DNA of 64,000 nucleotides from Verrucomicrobiota bacterium (GTDB lineage Bacteria > Verrucomicrobiota > Verrucomicrobiia > Limisphaerales > UBA8199), in NCBI GenBank assembly GCA_039806935.1, contig JBDHQH010000005.1, positions 4,939-68,938 on the forward strand. Reading direction: 5' to 3'. The position numbers and the translations under genes are program-made. Within the stretch, counting starts at the first letter, position 1, and each line of letters begins with the position of its first letter. The notes under the pieces are model-generated. The model did not search any database, was not told where the DNA came from, and was given only the letters and a program-made list of their open reading frames with translations. Shown here piece after piece: positions 61,729 to 64,000 of the stretch.

Positions 61729-64000
61729 GGCCCCGCCGCGGGCGTGGCTCGGGCTCCTGGCGCTGGCCGCGCTGCTGGCCTGGCTGCCTCCGGCGCTGGG
61801 TCAACTCTCCTCGGCGAAGGTCGCCAGCGTCGAAATCAAGCACGTCGGCCCCTCGGCCGTCAGTGACGCCCTCATACGCGCCAACATCCGCGTCAAACCC
61901 GGCGATCGCTATCAACCGGTCGCCGTCGATGACGACGTGCGCAACCTTTACGCCACCGGCCTTTTCTACAATATCCGCGTCGCGGCGGAGAAGACCTCCG
62001 CCGGCGATATCCAGCTCACCTACCTCGTGCAGGGCAACCCCCGCCTCACCGACATCCGCTTCCAGGGCAACAAGAAGTTCAAGGACTCGAAGCTGCTCAA
62101 AAAGATCTCCTCGAAACCCGGCGAACCTTTTAACGAGCGGAAGCTGTTCACCGACGCCCAGGAAATTCAGAAGATGTACCAAAAGGCCGGCTACCCGCGC
62201 ACCGAGGTCAAATACCGCTACTCGGTGGACGAGAACACCGGGCGCGCCACCGCCACCTTTGACATCAGCGAGGGCGGCAAAATCAAGATTATCGAGGTGG
62301 ACTTTGTCGGGGCCCAAGCCTTCCCGCAAAAGCGGCTGCGCAAGGTGATCAAAACCCGGCGGCACTGGATGTTTTCCTGGATCACCGGCTCCGGCTACCT
62401 GAAGGAGGATCAACTCGAGGAGGACAAGGAGAAGCTGGCGGAGTTTTACCGCGACCACGGCTATCTGGATTTCGAGCTGAAGGAGGTCAAGTTCCTCTAT
62501 CCCAAGCCAAAGAAGATGGTGGTCGAGTTCATCGTTTCCGAAGGCCGGCAATACCGGGTCGGCTCGATTCAAGTCACCGGGAATCATATTTTCACCCTCG
62601 CGGAAATCACCAACGGCCTGCGGCAGATCCAAATCAACAAGAATTCAAAGATCAAAACCGGGCCGCACGGCCTGCCGATGGATACGGGCGATGTGTTCAG
62701 CCCCAAGGGTCTGGCCCAGGACACCGAGAACCTCGAGGATCTTTACGGCGCCAAGGGTTATTTGGACGTGGCCTTGAGCGGCGCCGGCCTGACGGTGCGG
62801 AAAATCCCCAACACCGAGACCGGCACCATGGATCTCGAGTTCAAGCTCGAGGAGGGCCAGAAATCCTACATCGAGAAGATCGAGATTCGCGGCAACACCA
62901 AGACCAAGAGCCGGGTGATCCGGCGCGAGCTGGCGGTGTCCCCCGGCGAAGTCTTCGACATGGTGCGCGTCAAACGCAGCCAGCAGCGCCTCGAAGGGTT
63001 GCAGTTTTTCGACAAGGTGGATGCCCGGCCCGAGTCCACCGATATCCCCAACCGGAAGGATCTGGTCATCAGCGTGGATGAAAAAAACACCGGCAACATC
63101 AGCGTGGGCGCCGGCTTCAGCTCGGTGGACGCCGTGGTCGGATTCGTCGAGCTGAGCCAGGGCAACTTCGATCTGTTCCATCCGCCCACGTTCACCGGCG
63201 CGGGGCAGAAATTCCGGCTGCGCGTGCAGCTCGGCACCCGGCGGCAGGATTACCTGGCCTCGTTTGTCGAGCCGTGGTTCCTCGGGAAGAAGCTCGCGCT
63301 GGGCGTTGACGCCTACTACCGCGACCTCGGCTACGAGAGCCTCGGGAATTTGTATGATGTCACCCGCGCGGGGGGGCGGGTCAGCCTGACGCGCGCCCTG
63401 GGCAGCGACTTCCTCATCGGCAGCGTCAGTTACACCCTCGAAAACGTCGGCATTGATTTCAACCAATTCGCCCACGGGCCAATTGTCATCCCCATCCCGG
63501 GTCCGCCGGGGCACATCACCCTCCCTCCCTCGATTCCGATGACGATTTTGGAGGATGGGGGCAACCACTTGATGGCGCGTTACGGCGCCTCCCTGGCCTA
63601 CGATACCCGCAATAGTGTGCAGTTGCCCAACCGCGGCCAGCGCACGGAGTTGATTGGCGAGTTTGTGGGCGGCCCGCCCAGCAACGAGGAGTTTTACAAG
63701 CTGGAGCTCAAGACCGCGTGGTATTTCAAGGGGTTCGCCGAAGGCCATGTGCTCGAATTGGCGGGCCGGGCCGGGGTCGCCGAGAGCCTCAAAGCCGGGG
63801 ATGTGCCGTTCTTCGAGCGCTATTATCTCGGCGGCTTGTATTCCCTGCGCGGATTCCGCTACCGGAGCATCAGTCCGCGCGAGGCGCCCTTTGACGAGCC
63901 GATCGGCGGCGACAGCTACTGGTTCGGCACGGCCGAGTACAGCGTCCCGATCATTGAGCGGTTGCGCGCGGCGGTTTTCTACGACATTGGCAACGTGAAC
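61703..64000 (+). CDS. bamA: outer membrane protein assembly factor BamA (POTRA repeats + Omp85 barrel), 3' end outside the window
   Basis: Hand-translated and absent from the ORF track because there is no stop in the window. Signal peptide 'AWLGLLALAALLAWLPPALG' and POTRA units ('VASVEIKHVG...', 'LTDIRFQGNKKF', 'IIEVDFVGAQAF', 'IQVTGNHIF', 'IEKIEIRGNTKT'). Barrel motifs 'GAGFSS' and 'FFERYYLGG'. The proposed GTG 61703 start overlaps the dnaB end by 26 nt. Confidence 0.88.
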   Translation, partial: MTKTCQTVKAPPRAWLGLLALAALLAWLPPALGQLSSAKVASVEIKHVGPSAVSDALIRANIRVKPGDRYQPVAVDDDVRNLYATGLFYNIRVAAEKTSAGDIQLTYLVQGNPRLTDIRFQGNKKFKDSKLLKKISSKPGEPFNERKLFTDAQEIQKMYQKAGYPRTEVKYRYSVDENTGRATATFDISEGGKIKIIEVDFVGAQAFPQKRLRKVIKTRRHWMFSWITGSGYLKEDQLEEDKEKLAEFYRDHGYLDFELKEVKFLYPKPKKMVVEFIVSEGRQYRVGSIQVTGNHIFTLAEITNGLRQIQINKNSKIKTGPHGLPMDTGDVFSPKGLAQDTENLEDLYGAKGYLDVALSGAGLTVRKIPNTETGTMDLEFKLEEGQKSYIEKIEIRGNTKTKSRVIRRELAVSPGEVFDMVRVKRSQQRLEGLQFFDKVDARPESTDIPNRKDLVISVDEKNTGNISVGAGFSSVDAVVGFVELSQGNFDLFHPPTFTGAGQKFRLRVQLGTRRQDYLASFVEPWFLGKKLALGVDAYYRDLGYESLGNLYDVTRAGGRVSLTRALGSDFLIGSVSYTLENVGIDFNQFAHGPIVIPIPGPPGHITLPPSIPMTILEDGGNHLMARYGASLAYDTRNSVQLPNRGQRTELIGEFVGGPPSNEEFYKLELKTAWYFKGFAEGHVLELAGRAGVAESLKAGDVPFFERYYLGGLYSLRGFRYRSISPREAPFDEPIGGDSYWFGTAEYSVPIIERLRAAVFYDIGNVN

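Noticed and set aside
59932-63748. 573-aa, 310-aa and 367-aa minus-strand ORFs
   Set aside because: They are antisense to dnaB and to the unlisted, 3'-open bamA frame. The bamA reading frame gives clean POTRA and Omp85 sequence.

Overview
This is a GC-rich, gene-dense bacterial chromosomal segment with about 60 protein-coding genes on both strands. I recognised no rRNA, tRNA, CRISPR array, transposase, integrase or phage gene. The gene content suggests a Verrucomicrobiota/Planctomycetota-like (PVC) organism, which is inference only: a 51-aa PVC-type small basic protein, a Tat-signal Gfo/Idh/MocA oxidoreductase, a PQQ-like beta-propeller, GH116, and many 1-8 nt start/stop overlaps. Layout: (1) 1-5.4 kb holds envelope genes: CPBP protease, GT9, DUF554, MscS and a BON lipoprotein. 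(2) 5.4-8.8 kb holds a DUF3008-like ORF, ptsI and an orphan trpB. (3) 8.9-13.3 kb holds a secreted PhoA-fusion and GH116. (4) 13.3-14.0 kb is an unexplained 700-nt non-coding gap. (5) 14.0-19.3 kb holds the small basic protein, rluB, an SH3b protein, folD, two unknowns and a TPR/LysM lipoprotein. (6) 19.6-24.3 kb is a polysaccharide export module: OM barrel, Wzc, Wza and a membrane FHA protein. (7) 24.4-30.4 kb holds a PfkB kinase and cysI-cysH-cysD-cysN. (8) 30.6-41.0 kb is a glycan assembly island with 4 glycosyltransferases, 3 methyltransferases, Wzx and a secreted beta-propeller. (9) 41.1-46.1 kb holds an oxidoreductase, MFS transporter, LuxR response regulator, RNase H-like exonuclease and a phosphorylase. 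(10) 46.1-53.8 kb is a long minus-strand string: yicC-gmk-coaC-sensor kinase-sigma54 regulator-small poly-Arg membrane protein-squalene/phytoene synthase-YdjC/HpnK-like-EamA-like. (11) 54-64 kb holds a hydroxyacid dehydrogenase, glk, an RlmI-like methyltransferase, a Na+/solute symporter, a LuxR response regulator, dnaB and bamA (3'-open). Most other long ORFs in the track are antisense or out-of-frame shadow ORFs typical of high-GC DNA. I see no clear-cut novel defence or mobile system. The most unusual items are: the FHA-coupled Wza/Wzc module and the methyltransferase-rich glycan island; the two-component/poly-Arg/isoprenoid-lipid operon; a structured REP-like repeat family; two conserved genes whose ORFs lack the expected stop; and the large non-coding gap.
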